Source: Octopus bimaculoides (lineage: Eukaryota). From it: a DNA stretch of 48,921 bases. How positions within the stretch are numbered: position 1 is the first letter of the stretch; every line of letters begins with the position of its first letter. A program made the translations under genes and the position numbers. The notes under the pieces were generated by a model. It worked only from the letters and a program-made list of their open reading frames with translations, searched no databases and was not told where the DNA came from. Location of the stretch: NCBI RefSeq assembly GCF_001194135.2, contig NC_068997.1, forward strand, positions 1,009,399-1,058,319. The letters are read 5' to 3'. Below, piece after piece: positions 1-11,149 of the stretch.

Positions 1-99
1 TATATATATATATATATATATATATCATCATCGTTTAACGTCCGTTTTCCATGCTGACATGGGTACACACACACGCATATATCTGCTACTCTTTTAACC

Positions 100-1625
100 T
101 TTGCCACGACCATGGTGAAGTGAGCAAAGATGGAAAGCTAACGGCACCAGAGAAAAAAGACGCAGTATGCAACAATCGCCATAAGAGCCCACATAAATAA
201 TGTGAATGTGACAATTTCAAGAGTCGCGAGTGGCAGGTGAGCTCTACAAGGATTTGCGAGAGACTCGTCTCATTGGGAAGGATGAGATTTTATACTATCA
301 TAGTCAAAGTCCCTTGTGCTAAATAGAAGGAAAGTTATAGAAAAGTTGTACTTCACAACATTCGAAACTATCATTCTAACAGAAGCAGAACAACCGATTA
401 AAGACTCGAGGGAACTCTTTGACAACAGTCCGAAGAACACAGTTGCCATCCGTAAAACAATCCTCGAGACTAAGCTTATGTATGTTAACAAATCTGGGTT
501 ATCCGATCCGTGCAAGGCAAAGAATTTACCATCATGCCGTCCAGTTCCACGTTTTCCGAACCCTGTTACTATAAGATGTCAAGTATATAAACCGTGGAAG
601 CTTTGGAAAAGATCAGCAGCTACTTGAGGCAGTGGTTCAGTTTGCCAAAGCGTCTAAGAAGTTTTGCCTAGTACGGATCCATCATATATTACGGATCCAT
701 TCTCAGAAGAATTTGTGGTAATAAACAAAGGAAGTCATAAAGTACAGGAACTCTAGGGATACTAAAGTAGCAGCGGCGATATTGAAGTAGACACAGGTAG
801 AGAATGGAACACTACCAGAGAATTGCAAGTTGCAGAGTTTGGGATAGAATACTCCAGTTGAGACTGTGGCGATAAAACATTTAGGCTTGGGTTACTTTCC
901 AACCTATCAGATCAGTAACCCCTAAAGCGAAAGAGTGACATTTCTCACAAGAAGGGCATACAAGTGTAGCAGAAGCACGGACTAGTAAGATGGAGGGATA
1001 TAACCAACTAGAAGCTTTTGCAAGATTTAGTCAATATTCAGTGCATTTGTTCGGGTCTCTGGTGAGTTGTCGCAGCAGATTCCTGATTTAGGATGTTGGA
1101 AACTTCTCAAGTCAACATACTTTAACACATGGGACAGGAGTGAAGCGCTCCTCTGTATTACGAGTTGGAAAGGTGTCGCTTCAAAATCTTCAGGGCAGTT
1201 GCTCACTGCTTTGGTCGACGGCCGCTTCCACTGGCAGATGCCACTTCCACTAGCAGATGCCACTTCCACAGGAGCAGATGCTGAAGGTGGTTGCGGAGGT
1301 GGTGAAGACAGACATTCTGTCCAGTAAACGCCACACCACGAAGGAAACCATAGTCACTGACAAATCAGTAGCTGTACTTATTTTGGTAGCCCTATACTAG
1401 CAGATGAGAGTGGGTCTTGTTAAACAACTACTTCCAGAACACATCCCACCAACGCCACTCCTCATAAATAGTCATCTTAGATTCCATCAAGTAATTAATC
1501 ATGTGAGAACTGACTGTACTCTGGGAAGAACACATACACGAGACAATGAGAGAAAGCTTATGTACCAGGAGGTGATAGAGCAGGGTAGAAACTAAGAGTG
1601 GCGGGGTTTTGTGAGGCGATGAATC
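100..1625 (+). mobile_element. Degenerate HERO-like (R2-superfamily, RLE endonuclease) non-LTR retrotransposon, 3' half: RT C-terminus, zinc-knuckle region, RLE
   Basis: Manual translation across stops and frameshifts gives IRAHINNVNVTISRVASGR*ALQG (cf. IRAFMDDLTVTT..CRWILQG), TVEALEKISSYLRQWFSLPKRLRSFA*YGS, EVDTGREW, LGLGYFPT, ALVDGRFHW and ELTVLWEEHI...ERKLMYQEVIE. These follow the order of HERO-clade ORF motifs as I recall them. Confidence 0.8.
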
Positions 1626-3199
1626 TACAAATCTCTAACTGGGTTTGAAGTCACTGGGCCAGCTAAAATATGCGTATCTATGTATATATATATATATATA
1701 CATGCACATAAGCACATATATATTTATGTGCGTATCTATGTACATATACACATAAATAAATTTCAAACTTACTGTAAAACGATTTAAAAAATGACATCGG
1801 AACCAATGTTGAAAGCAAGGACAGTAAATTCTATAAAATTCGATTTGACTGGGGCTTCAAGTTTCGCCTAACGGTAATATTAATTTTATAGGATTAATGG
1901 CTAAATATTGATCAGTCTGTTGCAAGCCATGACATTTCTTTTCAAGTGAAAAACTCATCTCTCAAACTCATCCCTTATGAACATCAGCATTTAAAGCAAT
2001 TTACAGTCTAAAATGTCGCTTAATATTTTAATTTTTAATTATGTCATCCTTAGATGAAGCTATTGATTTTTTGGGTTATTTAGGTCGTGCAGTAGGTCAC
2101 TGTTTGTAAACTCGCCGTCCTGCAACTGGTTTTAATTAAGAGTTCTAACATTAGACAAGGTTTCATATTTGGAGAGAGAAAGAGAGAGTCCGTGATTATA
2201 GTCAGTTATATCGACCCCAGTCTTGGTAGCTGCTTACTTTGAATAGACTCAGTCAGTGGTGAAAGAACAGTTTTATTTCCCCGCTGATATTAATCTGAGC
2301 CCATTTACAGAGTCCGTGTGACTGAAAGGAGGCAGTTATCCTCAGACCTGAGACCCAGCTGAAATTCATGGAACTGGATTCTTCGATGATCCAGTAATGT
2401 TAAACTAGAAGGCAGATTAAATCTACCAACCTAGAATGGGAATACTCTCTCCTACAGAATTCTAAAGTGTTTTTGTTTACTTAATTGCACACAAAGCTTT
2501 GGTAGATCCGATGGGATAGCAGAAGACACTTACCCAAAGTGCAGCGCAACGAGATCGAAATGAGACTGCCGATCCATTGGTCTTTCCGCTGGATTTAATT
2601 ATGAAAAATCATAATTGGTTGCAAAATGCAATATGAAGATAATAATATCTATGGGAGATATTTTGTCGTGGAATAGCAAAATGTGTTGTCAACAAAGTGG
2701 GAACTGAAAACTTATAAATTTCGCAAAGATTAAACCCTATGGAAAATTATTTTAGCAACTAAGTCTTGGAAGAACCATTCAATAATATGCAAAACTTTAA
2801 AATTTATTTTAAACTTAATTTTTAACTGAAATAGTTCCACTATAACTCTGTTATAGTTGAAGCGCATTAGTGATCAAGCTGCAGTCATGCGACGAAAATT
2901 GATACCTCATGAAATAAAATTTGAAGTGAATTTAACAGCTTTTATGTGTTATCAAATGGCTTTTCCACGACGTACTTGATCCTGGTTTAAAACAATCTCG
3001 GATCAAGTTATTTACTTGACATGTACCAACTTTAAACTTATTTTGAAAATATTTCAAATTATCTTGACTTATCTTCCTTCACTCCTTTTTCACTATTTTC
3101 TTTTTAAATCACCTTTCCGGTTTTTTTCCATATATTCCCTATTAAACTCTTTTTAACTCTTTCACAATTTCTCTTTCGCTATTCCGCTTCCAGTCTTTC

Positions 3200-3560
3200 T
3201 CTGTTTTTCTTTTAGTCTTATCTGTTCCGCACATTTCTCAATCATATTAAAATGTGTTGATTTACCTTTATTCTCTTTATCGTCCTCGACAAATTCACGC
3301 GAGGATACCAAGGTGAAAATCCTATTTTCATGTTGATTATCTGCGACTATCCTTGTTGAGCTGCTATAACTGTCACCCATTGCAATTTGCTTTCCATTCA
3401 GAAAATATTTTTTTCTCCATATTTCCACCTGTAAGATGTTATTTATGTAGCTCTGATATATTTTAGGTTCTATATCATGTTCATATGTCATTTGTAGTAA
3501 GACACCTTCAAACAGATTTTCAGTAAGATATTTACTGTTATATATGAGGAGACATTCTGT
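3200..3560 (-). mobile_element. Fossil Penelope-like element, reverse-transcriptase segment
   Basis: ORF 3162-3575(-) reads IYNSKYLTENL...EPKIYQSYINNIL...KKYFLNGKQIAMGDS...HENRIF...REFVEDD. This is colinear with remembered PLE RT motifs FDV.SLYTNI...F.F.G..Y.Q..G.AMG...E..I...RY.DD. Confidence 0.55.
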
Positions 3561-3974
3561 AAAGTGTTTTATCAAATATCATGCTAGGTATTGTTATGTT
3601 TTTTAAAATCGGTATCGCAGATAGACCGGTAGAACGACTCTTTTTATCTATTATAAAACACAGAAACAGAAACAAATTTAGATTTCAGTGCATCACTGTG
3701 TGAAAATCATAAGTGCACAAATGTATCTTAGCAGCAGTTGTAACAACGCGTCTCAAAATTGAGTATTTAAATTCACTGGTGTTAAAGTCCTCGAAAAAGC
3801 CTTTATTATTTATTCCTAAATCTTCCATCAGCTAAATTAGAACGTAGTTTTAGTCTCAAAGAATAAAAAAAGAAAGCTTTGTCACTCGCAAGGATGACAA
3901 GGTAGCAATGGCACAATAGTAACGTTTATTATGTTTTCGCTAATTGTTTTAGGTATTTATGGAGTTGCGAATAG

Positions 3975-4172
3975 ATATAAAATGAACCCGCCCATTTTTG
4001 ATCCCAAGGAGCATCGAAGATTTTGATCCCAAGGAACATCGACAGATGGAAGAAGAGGGAGCTTTCCCAGTACTTGGGTGGAACTCCTTTCAACTGAGTA
4101 GACTGACAACTGGTCAATGAATCGAACATACGACCTTATGACCATGAGACGAACACTCTAACCAAAGCCCCA
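3975..4172 (-). mobile_element. Degenerate tRNA-derived SINE
   Basis: Minus strand reads ggttagagtgttcgtctcatggtcataaggtcgtatgttcgatt (A/B-box-like tRNA head). Confidence 0.5.
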
Positions 4173-4200
4173 TATGCCTTCAAAAGGGTGAAAAAAATAT

Positions 4201-4482
4201 ATTTTCGTTGTAGAAATATGAAAAAAAACCTACAAAACTAAAAGGTGTTTGTCACTTTAAAAGAAATATCAGATGTATTTTTCAATAATTAGTTTGTTGG
4301 ATGAAAATAAATGGAGCACAAGTCATAGATATCGATATTTTCCATTCTCATTGAATGGTTATTGCAGTTAATGTTTGTCGTCAAGGGGTGTGATGCTTCA
4401 CGAATTGACTGCAGCACAAATTAATCTAGGGTTTTGACGCCTCACACCTTGGCCGCGACATAAACCAGTCGAAGGGTGAAAA
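4201..4482. repeat. Copy 1 of a ~285-bp local direct duplication (copy 2 at 5852-6135)
   Basis: Colinear from ttttcgttgtagaaatat to ccagtcgaagggtgaaaag, roughly 85-90% identical by eye. Confidence 0.9.
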
Positions 4483-5006
4483 GCTTCTTGCATTGATCGC
4501 ACGATAAGCTAGTGGTGACGCGGCCCCAGGACAACTGGAATGGTAGCTGCTGCAACAAGTAGTTTTAGTTTAATACATTTTTAACGAAAACGAAAAATAT
4601 TACAAGAGTAATTGGAAAATAAAGAGAACTTTGAATGGACAATGAACGTTTTAAAAGAAAAAAAAAAATTTTGTAGAAATATTTGAATGAATTGTAAAAA
4701 CGTAACCACTCGGAGTGGGGTCGGGGTGGCCGTCTCATCCTCATTTGTACAATTCCATATCAGTCATTTTCATATGTTATATGTCCTCACATGTTTTGTT
4801 TGTCCTCTCTTTGGTGGCCCCTTGTGGGTAATTAAAAATCAAAGTAGTTTTAGTTTGATACATTTTCTTTATTGGATTGTTAGCAGACAGTGGATTGAAT
4901 GGCACAACTGCATATCGTTGCTATTATGAAGAAGTGTCGTAAGTCCAAGACATTGCTTTTTTTCAGAAAACGAAAAATTAGTTTCACCATCCCATTTCTT
5001 TTTACA

Positions 5007-5821
5007 TTAGCAACAACTTCAACTTAATAATACTTTGTTGGGTGCATAAAATCATAACTCCATGCATGTATGATATTTTCAGTTAGAAATATTTTTGCAA
5101 AACTGTCGCATGTGGGGCTTACTTTTGAAAAATGCTAAACCATTGTTCTACACTTTGACACTTTTCATCTGAAGCAGCTGGAGATACGATAGTTTGACCA
5201 AAAGAACCGGCTGTTGCTAGCAAAATTAAATATTGACAACAAAAAAACAACGCATTTGGCGAAATTTGGGTATATGACAATTTAACATAATAACGATATG
5301 TATTCGCTACTAACAATTCTGATTTCAAACACAGCTAGAAGTGGTCTTCCATCTTTATAAATGTCATTGAAGTAAACACCAGATTTGAGCTCCTGTGCAC
5401 ACGTCAGGTTTTATCTCAATGAAAGAAATTATTGATTTCAAATTTTGGTACAAGGCCAGAAATTTCGAGATGGGGCGGGGGCTTAATTTAATTCCATCGA
5501 CCCCAGTCCTCAACTGGTACTTATTTTATCGACTACTGAAAGGATGAAAGGCAAAGTCGACCTCAGCGGAATTTGAATTTAGAACGTGAAGGCGGACGAA
5601 ATGTCGCCAAGCATTTTGTCCGTTGTGCTGACGATTTTGCCAGGTCACCACCTTAATGTAAGAAATTATTGGTTTCAAATATTGGCACAAAGTCAGCAGC
5701 TTTGGGGGAAGAGGTACGACAGTTTTGCAAACATATTTCTGACTGAAAATATCATACACTCCTGAAGTAACGATTTTATGCACCCAACAAAATACTATTG
5801 TTAAGCTGAAACTGTTGCTAA
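5007..5821. mobile_element. Foldback/MITE-like segment bounded by ~100-bp inverted repeats (5007-5108 and 5717-5821)
   Basis: The reverse complement of 5717-5821 aligns to 5007-5108 (ttagcaaca...ttgttgggtgcataaaatc...tgtatgatattttcagt.agaaatat.tttgcaaaactgtcg). Confidence 0.7.
5430..5652 (-). mobile_element. tRNA-derived SINE, family starting ggcggcgagctggcagaa (here 'family B')
   Basis: Contains gaaaggatgaaaggcaaagtcgacctcagcggaatttgaa, shared with more than 10 copies in the window. Confidence 0.85.
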
Positions 5822-5851
5822 AGTTCAAAGAAATGCTCTGGTGAAACTACT

Positions 5852-6135
5852 TTTTCGTTGTAGAAATATAGAAAAAAACCCTACAAAACTAAGAGGTGTT
5901 TGTCACCTTAGAAGAAATATCAAATGTATTTTCCAATAATTAAAGTTTGATGGATGAAAATAAATAGAACACAAGTTATAGATATCGATATTTCCCATTC
6001 TTATTGAATGGTCATTGCAGTTAATGTTTGTCTTCAAGGGGTGTGACGCTTTGCGAATTGACTGCAGCACAAATTAATCTAGGGTTGTGACACCTCACAC
6101 CTTGGCCGCAACATAAGCCAGTCGAAGGGTGAAAA
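5852..6135. repeat. Copy 2 of the ~285-bp local direct duplication
   Basis: Direct sequence match to 4201-4482. Confidence 0.9.
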
Positions 6136-6149
6136 GATGTTTGCAGTGT

Positions 6150-6293
6150 TCAACTGGTACTGATGTTATCGACCCCGAAAGGATGAAAGGCAAAGTCGAC
6201 CTTGGCGGAATTTGAACTCAGAACGTAAAGACGGACGAAATGCCGTTAAGTATTTTACCCGGCATGCTAACAATTCTGCCATCTCGCCGCCTT
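6150..6293 (-). mobile_element. SINE family B
   Basis: Same core, ending ctgccatctcgccgcctta on the + strand. Confidence 0.85.
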
Positions 6294-6326
6294 ATTGTAA
6301 GAAATTAGCAATAGTAAATTCAAGTA

Positions 6327-6531
6327 GGTGCTGAAAAGTTCCTGGCTTTGGGTAAAAGAAAATACAGGAGAATCAGTTAATTATGATTTTATTCAAGATA
6401 TTCCCCTCTCAGAGTCACACACTTATTGCAGCGGTCCTTGAGTTTTTCTAAGCCCTGTAAAAGAACTCGGAAGGGTGGGAATCCAATCAGGCTTTTCACT
6501 CTACCCTTTAAGCCAAGAACTTTGCAGCACC
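6327..6531 (-). mobile_element. Non-autonomous mariner (Tc1/mariner) MITE
   Basis: Terminal inverted repeats ggtgctgaaaagttcctggctt / aagccaagaactttgcagcacc, with TA at 6325-6326. The minus strand encodes the mariner-like C-terminus QGLEKLKDRCNKCVTLRGEYLE*. Confidence 0.85.
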
Positions 6532-7957
6532 TCCTTGTAAGAGAAGTGACTTGACGGCATGTGAGAACTCTATGATAAAATGTCTTGTAGTGTTTAGTTA
6601 CAACTTCATCTATCTAGAGTTTTCCTTCTCTTAGTGTTGAAACTTTGTTTCGACATTCCTGTAGCTTCGAGAAAATTATTACCACGACTGTGATTGGATT
6701 AGTTCAGTTAGCTATGTTCCGTTCCTCTTACAAATTTGTTTGTTCTACGCCAGTGTAAGAAATCTTTATAATGAAGTACTAAATCGTTTCATCAACTATT
6801 TGGTCCACTTAGAGAGGAAATCATCTATCACAGAGACAGTAATGGGAATGTTAATAAATGTAGAATCGTTAAGGAAAACACCATTAAATGCTAATAAACA
6901 TGGGCTGTTGTTTATGTTTTATCTTATTCCTTGAACGCGTCTTAAACAAACTAACAAGGGAGTCTTTAAGTGATCACTGAACTGGCTAGAAATTGCAGCC
7001 AAATTACCATCTAATAAAACTTATCGTGCTAGAAATGTGTTGAATAATGTAAGTCGTACATAAATACGCCTGAAAAAAAAAAGAGAGAGATAAGATTTCA
7101 GCTGGAACGCCTTCGATCGTAGACCTGCTCAATGAGAGTAACCTGGAGCTGAACAAACAACACGAGTAAACAGGCAATTTGCATAATTTATGCAGACAGT
7201 CCTATTTTAGGCAACATGAACCGCAACATGTAATTTTATCCAACATTGATTCATTCATCACAAAGCCTTATGTTTCAGATGTATGAGGGTTATGTCCTTT
7301 CAGAAAGGCATAATTTGGGAGTGTGTGTGGTGGGGAGGGTCAGCTGCAGTGATAACATTTCTTCCTTAGAAAAACTGACATTTATATCTGCATAAAAACG
7401 GTATAATGTATCTGAACACAGCATAATCATCTCCCTATACATATATAAATCCTTTGGTTAATTTCAAGGACGCAGTGAAGCTTTCTCTGTCTCGTAGACA
7501 TAACATGGAGGGAAGAGAAAACATTAGATCTCTGATTATTTTTATCAGGCCAGAAGGAGTGGAGATAGAGAGATTAGTGTCTTAATTGTGAAGAACAGAC
7601 TTAACTTAATAATTACCAAATGTTTAGTGGTAAACTGTCAGAAGATCGAATCTCAAGACATGACAATAGAATAAATTACAGATTTAATCAGGATAGCTTC
7701 ATTGTTAGATGTCTGAAATAAAATGAAACATTTTGGGTATCCTCAAAGAAATTGAACTCGTGATTCTGGATTTCAAGTGTAGGATTTTCCACCTCCGTGT
7801 TTAAGCATGCTTAGAACTGATTTACATGTATTAATAAAAATACGGAATTTTACTATCACACATAAATATAAGTAAATGTTGACCAATTAGTTTAGCTTCA
7901 CGTGAATAGTATGATCCCGGCATAGTATAAGTCCAACTTCAACCCCTGTTTACAAGT

Positions 7958-10414
7958 ATGGCTATAGCAAGCGTATCAAATCTATCACTACAATGTAAAA
8001 TTTGCTGGAGAAATTCCATGAAACCTCAAAAATTATTTTGCGGCCATACGTTCTGTTTTAGCTGTATTAATTATTTCACTCAATATCTCGTTCTGGAAAC
8101 TGGATTTAACGATTCTCTTCCGCCTTGTCCAATTTGTGATTTAAACTCTCTGTTATGTATCGATATTAATACCCAAGAAAAGATATTAAGAACATATTCT
8201 AAAGCCTCTGATATGCCAAATCGAAGAACTGGTGTAGGTTATTGGTTTGATCAAAAGTCTAATACTCGTAATCCGAAATTATCTCCGTCAGATACATACA
8301 GTCCAGCGAACGCAGTAAAGATAAAAATTCCGACAAACAAATTGAAGAACAACACTTCTGAAATGCCTGCTAATGGTGACAGTACCTATCGGAAGAGGGG
8401 AATTGGTAAAGTAGTGTGTGCTAATTCTACAAAATCAAGTGAAACAAACTCTTCTGGTGACGGAAACGAAATCTTGAATTTAAACGTTAGTGACAGATGT
8501 AAAAAAGTTTTGGATAATCTAGAAACTGCAGAGATAAAATTCTTGCAACCAGATTTTATAAATGATATTACAATCTGCCCAGAAAGAGCCCAAGCTAAAG
8601 AACAGAGATTGAACGAAGTTTGCTGTCCCTCCGACAACCAATCATTTACTTATCCGGGTTCGACTGAAACATTTCACACAAAAAAGATTCCAGTTTTCGA
8701 TGCTACATTCATGGACGACTCTAGTATTTCAGACTCTTGCTCACTTCTAGGTTCAACCGATCAGGCCACATCAGCGACTGACTGTTCTCTTGATTTTAAT
8801 TTATTCGGAAACTATGAAATATTTTCTGCCAACAGCGACTATAATCCTGTGGATGTTTTAGATCTGAAAACTGATTCAACACTTCGGATTTCGACAGATC
8901 CTATTAACTTGACAAAATGTAATTGTGTTACAAATCCAGCTTCATCAATATTTTGTAATACATGTCGACGTTCACTTTGTTTCTTTTGCATCAGTGAAAA
9001 ACATCAGAACTGCCAAATAAGAATGAACAAAGACCTGGCGATACGGTTGACTCAGCAACTTGAGATAAAGGCGAGTGTCTTGGAAATTGTGATGTTTGAA
9101 ATTGAAGAACAAATTGAGCAGTACAAGAAAAAATGTCTGAACCTTTGCAAAGTGGTGAATCAATTAACAAACTTTATAATTAATTTAATAAAATGTAAGC
9201 ATGACACACTTATAGAAGAATTGGACAAGAGTCAGGATTTTGGATTAAAAAAGTTGACTTTGCAATATTCGAAGATTGAAAAAACGAAGACAATTCTTTC
9301 TTCTTACTCTCAGATGCTAAAGTCTAAAATCGAGGAATCTGTATCCCCAGCATTCCTTGAAGTGGATGCACCAGTTATTAAAGACTTTAAGAATAACACG
9401 AAAAGTTTATATTTACAGCCGTTATTTGAATTAAATATGTTTGTTATAAGAAGTTTTCTTGATCTACAGGCGCATCCGTTTGGTTACATAAAGGTCAAAG
9501 AAAACCTTGACTTACCATTGTCTCGTTCTTCAGTATCAACACCATTTCCTCGTAATAGCAATATCCTAGAGGAATGTTTGAAGGAGTGTTCACCGAGAAA
9601 GCTGATTGTCTGTGGCACCAAATGTGGGACGGAAATAAATACCCAAACAGAGATTAATAGTGTTGCAATCCTCCCTAAACATCGCGTCTTGTTATCCTCT
9701 CCCCAAAATTACCAAGTCAAATTGTTTTCATTTCAAGGGACGTTTCTGGGTGAGTTGACATTCTCTACGCCCCCGGCAGGCGTGTGCCTATGGAAACAGG
9801 AAATTCTATTAGTGACTTTCCCACATGACTCAAAGATATTGTTTCTAAGTTACGAGCCTAATTTAGAAATTGATATTAGAATTTCCACAAGAAAAGGATA
9901 TTTTGGTTTGGCATCCGGAAAAGGTAACGATTCTGATTATCTTTTTGCAACAGTACCATTTTCTACCAGTGTTGACATTCTTGAGTTCGACCAAGTTAAG
10001 CAGGAATTTCTGGTTTTTAAGCAAATATCTTTAAATGTAAAACCATGGGGACACGCTTGTAACTTGTGTCAAGCTTCAGATGAAAGCATCGTCGTGGCTG
10101 ATTGTTTTGGAAACCGTGTTCTTGCTTTTAATCGGAATGGAACAATTTTGTATGAAATTTATGGCGACGCAAAAAATCAACTGAAATGTCCAGCAGATGT
10201 AACTTCTGATAATTTTTCTATTTTTGTCTCTGATGTTGGCAGCAATCGTATTTTGTGTTTTGATTTTGATGGTCGCTCTATGAATGTTTTACTGACTTCA
10301 CAAGATGGTCTTCTCCGACCTAAATCTATTGATATAGATGCCATGGGTTATCTTGCTATTTCTCAGTTTACAGAGTGGCCAGCTTTAATAATATTTCAGA
10401 CAATAAAACAATGA
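7958..10414 (+). CDS. Intronless TRIM-NHL-like E3 ubiquitin ligase (RING, B-box, coiled coil, NHL-like repeats), 818 aa
   Basis: 2457-bp uninterrupted ORF in AT-rich DNA, with an in-frame TAA at 7928 and Kozak context agtATGg. C3HC4 RING: C13, C16, C28, H30, C33, C36, C57, C60. B-box-like C333xxC...CxxC...H349 (8918-9013), then a heptad-rich helical region. C-terminal NHL-like repeats, e.g. IVVADCFGNRVLAFNRNG, CPADVTSDNFSIFVSDVGSNRILCFDFDG, RPKSIDIDAMG. Confidence 0.92.
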   Translation: MAIASVSNLSLQCKICWRNSMKPQKLFCGHTFCFSCINYFTQYLVLETGFNDSLPPCPICDLNSLLCIDINTQEKILRTYSKASDMPNRRTGVGYWFDQKSNTRNPKLSPSDTYSPANAVKIKIPTNKLKNNTSEMPANGDSTYRKRGIGKVVCANSTKSSETNSSGDGNEILNLNVSDRCKKVLDNLETAEIKFLQPDFINDITICPERAQAKEQRLNEVCCPSDNQSFTYPGSTETFHTKKIPVFDATFMDDSSISDSCSLLGSTDQATSATDCSLDFNLFGNYEIFSANSDYNPVDVLDLKTDSTLRISTDPINLTKCNCVTNPASSIFCNTCRRSLCFFCISEKHQNCQIRMNKDLAIRLTQQLEIKASVLEIVMFEIEEQIEQYKKKCLNLCKVVNQLTNFIINLIKCKHDTLIEELDKSQDFGLKKLTLQYSKIEKTKTILSSYSQMLKSKIEESVSPAFLEVDAPVIKDFKNNTKSLYLQPLFELNMFVIRSFLDLQAHPFGYIKVKENLDLPLSRSSVSTPFPRNSNILEECLKECSPRKLIVCGTKCGTEINTQTEINSVAILPKHRVLLSSPQNYQVKLFSFQGTFLGELTFSTPPAGVCLWKQEILLVTFPHDSKILFLSYEPNLEIDIRISTRKGYFGLASGKGNDSDYLFATVPFSTSVDILEFDQVKQEFLVFKQISLNVKPWGHACNLCQASDESIVVADCFGNRVLAFNRNGTILYEIYGDAKNQLKCPADVTSDNFSIFVSDVGSNRILCFDFDGRSMNVLLTSQDGLLRPKSIDIDAMGYLAISQFTEWPALIIFQTIKQ
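10402..10407 (+). promoter_or_regulatory. Candidate polyadenylation signal AATAAA overlapping the last codons; a second one at 10673-10678
   Basis: Motif only; no transcript evidence. Confidence 0.3.
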
Positions 10415-11149
10415 CAATATTTCAATTAATTTGTATTCAGGATTATTACCAGTTGTTTTAACGGCTTTATTTCTGATTTAATCGTTAGTGATATTTCTAA
10501 ATTATGTCATCATTTGTATAAATGACCTTCCTTTGCCCTTCAGTTTTAAAAGGTGTACAATCGTTCTGATCACTGCAAAGAATATCGGTAAATTGTTGTG
10601 TAATGCAGGCTTTAATTTGATCCTTTTGAACCCATGTCCGAATAACACACTTGACTACTTAGTAATACAGTCAATAAACGTATTTTAAAGAGTTTTGCTT
10701 TAGAAGTTTTAAATTTATTTTTGCAAAAACTCAAAGTTTTGTTTTTAGGAAGCCACTTCTCCAGAAAACTGGTTACATTATTATTTCCGATATCTACATT
10801 TAATTTCATCTAAAATTGTCAGACTTTAAACATTCATTTTTATTTTCTGTTCTTGAAAATTTATAAGTTTAAAATTCTAGACGTTCATACCTTTTATTTT
10901 CTTGAGTGTTCTTAATGACTTGTAACCCATTGGATCTTTTCTGAAATCTCTAAAAACGTTTGTCCAGTGTTGAGAGGAAAATTTAGCCCTCGTGTCTCCC
11001 CTTTAGCAAGGCGTTGGTTGCTAGTAAACTCGTGAGTCTTGCGTTAATTTTAAACTGAAATCTGGAAAGATGTAATGCATGTATTTACTGAAGACTAACT
11101 CTTTATCTGCGCAATTAAATTCCATGGTTATTGTAGTGATGTTAAATAT

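Noticed and set aside
3350-3400. AMGDSYSS resembles the GDSL/SGNH lipase block I
   Set aside because: No other SGNH blocks are present; the surrounding motifs fit the PLE RT G.AMG region better.
8386-9163. Antisense ORFs 8386-8637 and 8972-9163
   Set aside because: Shadow ORFs of the TRIM coding strand, with no independent signals.
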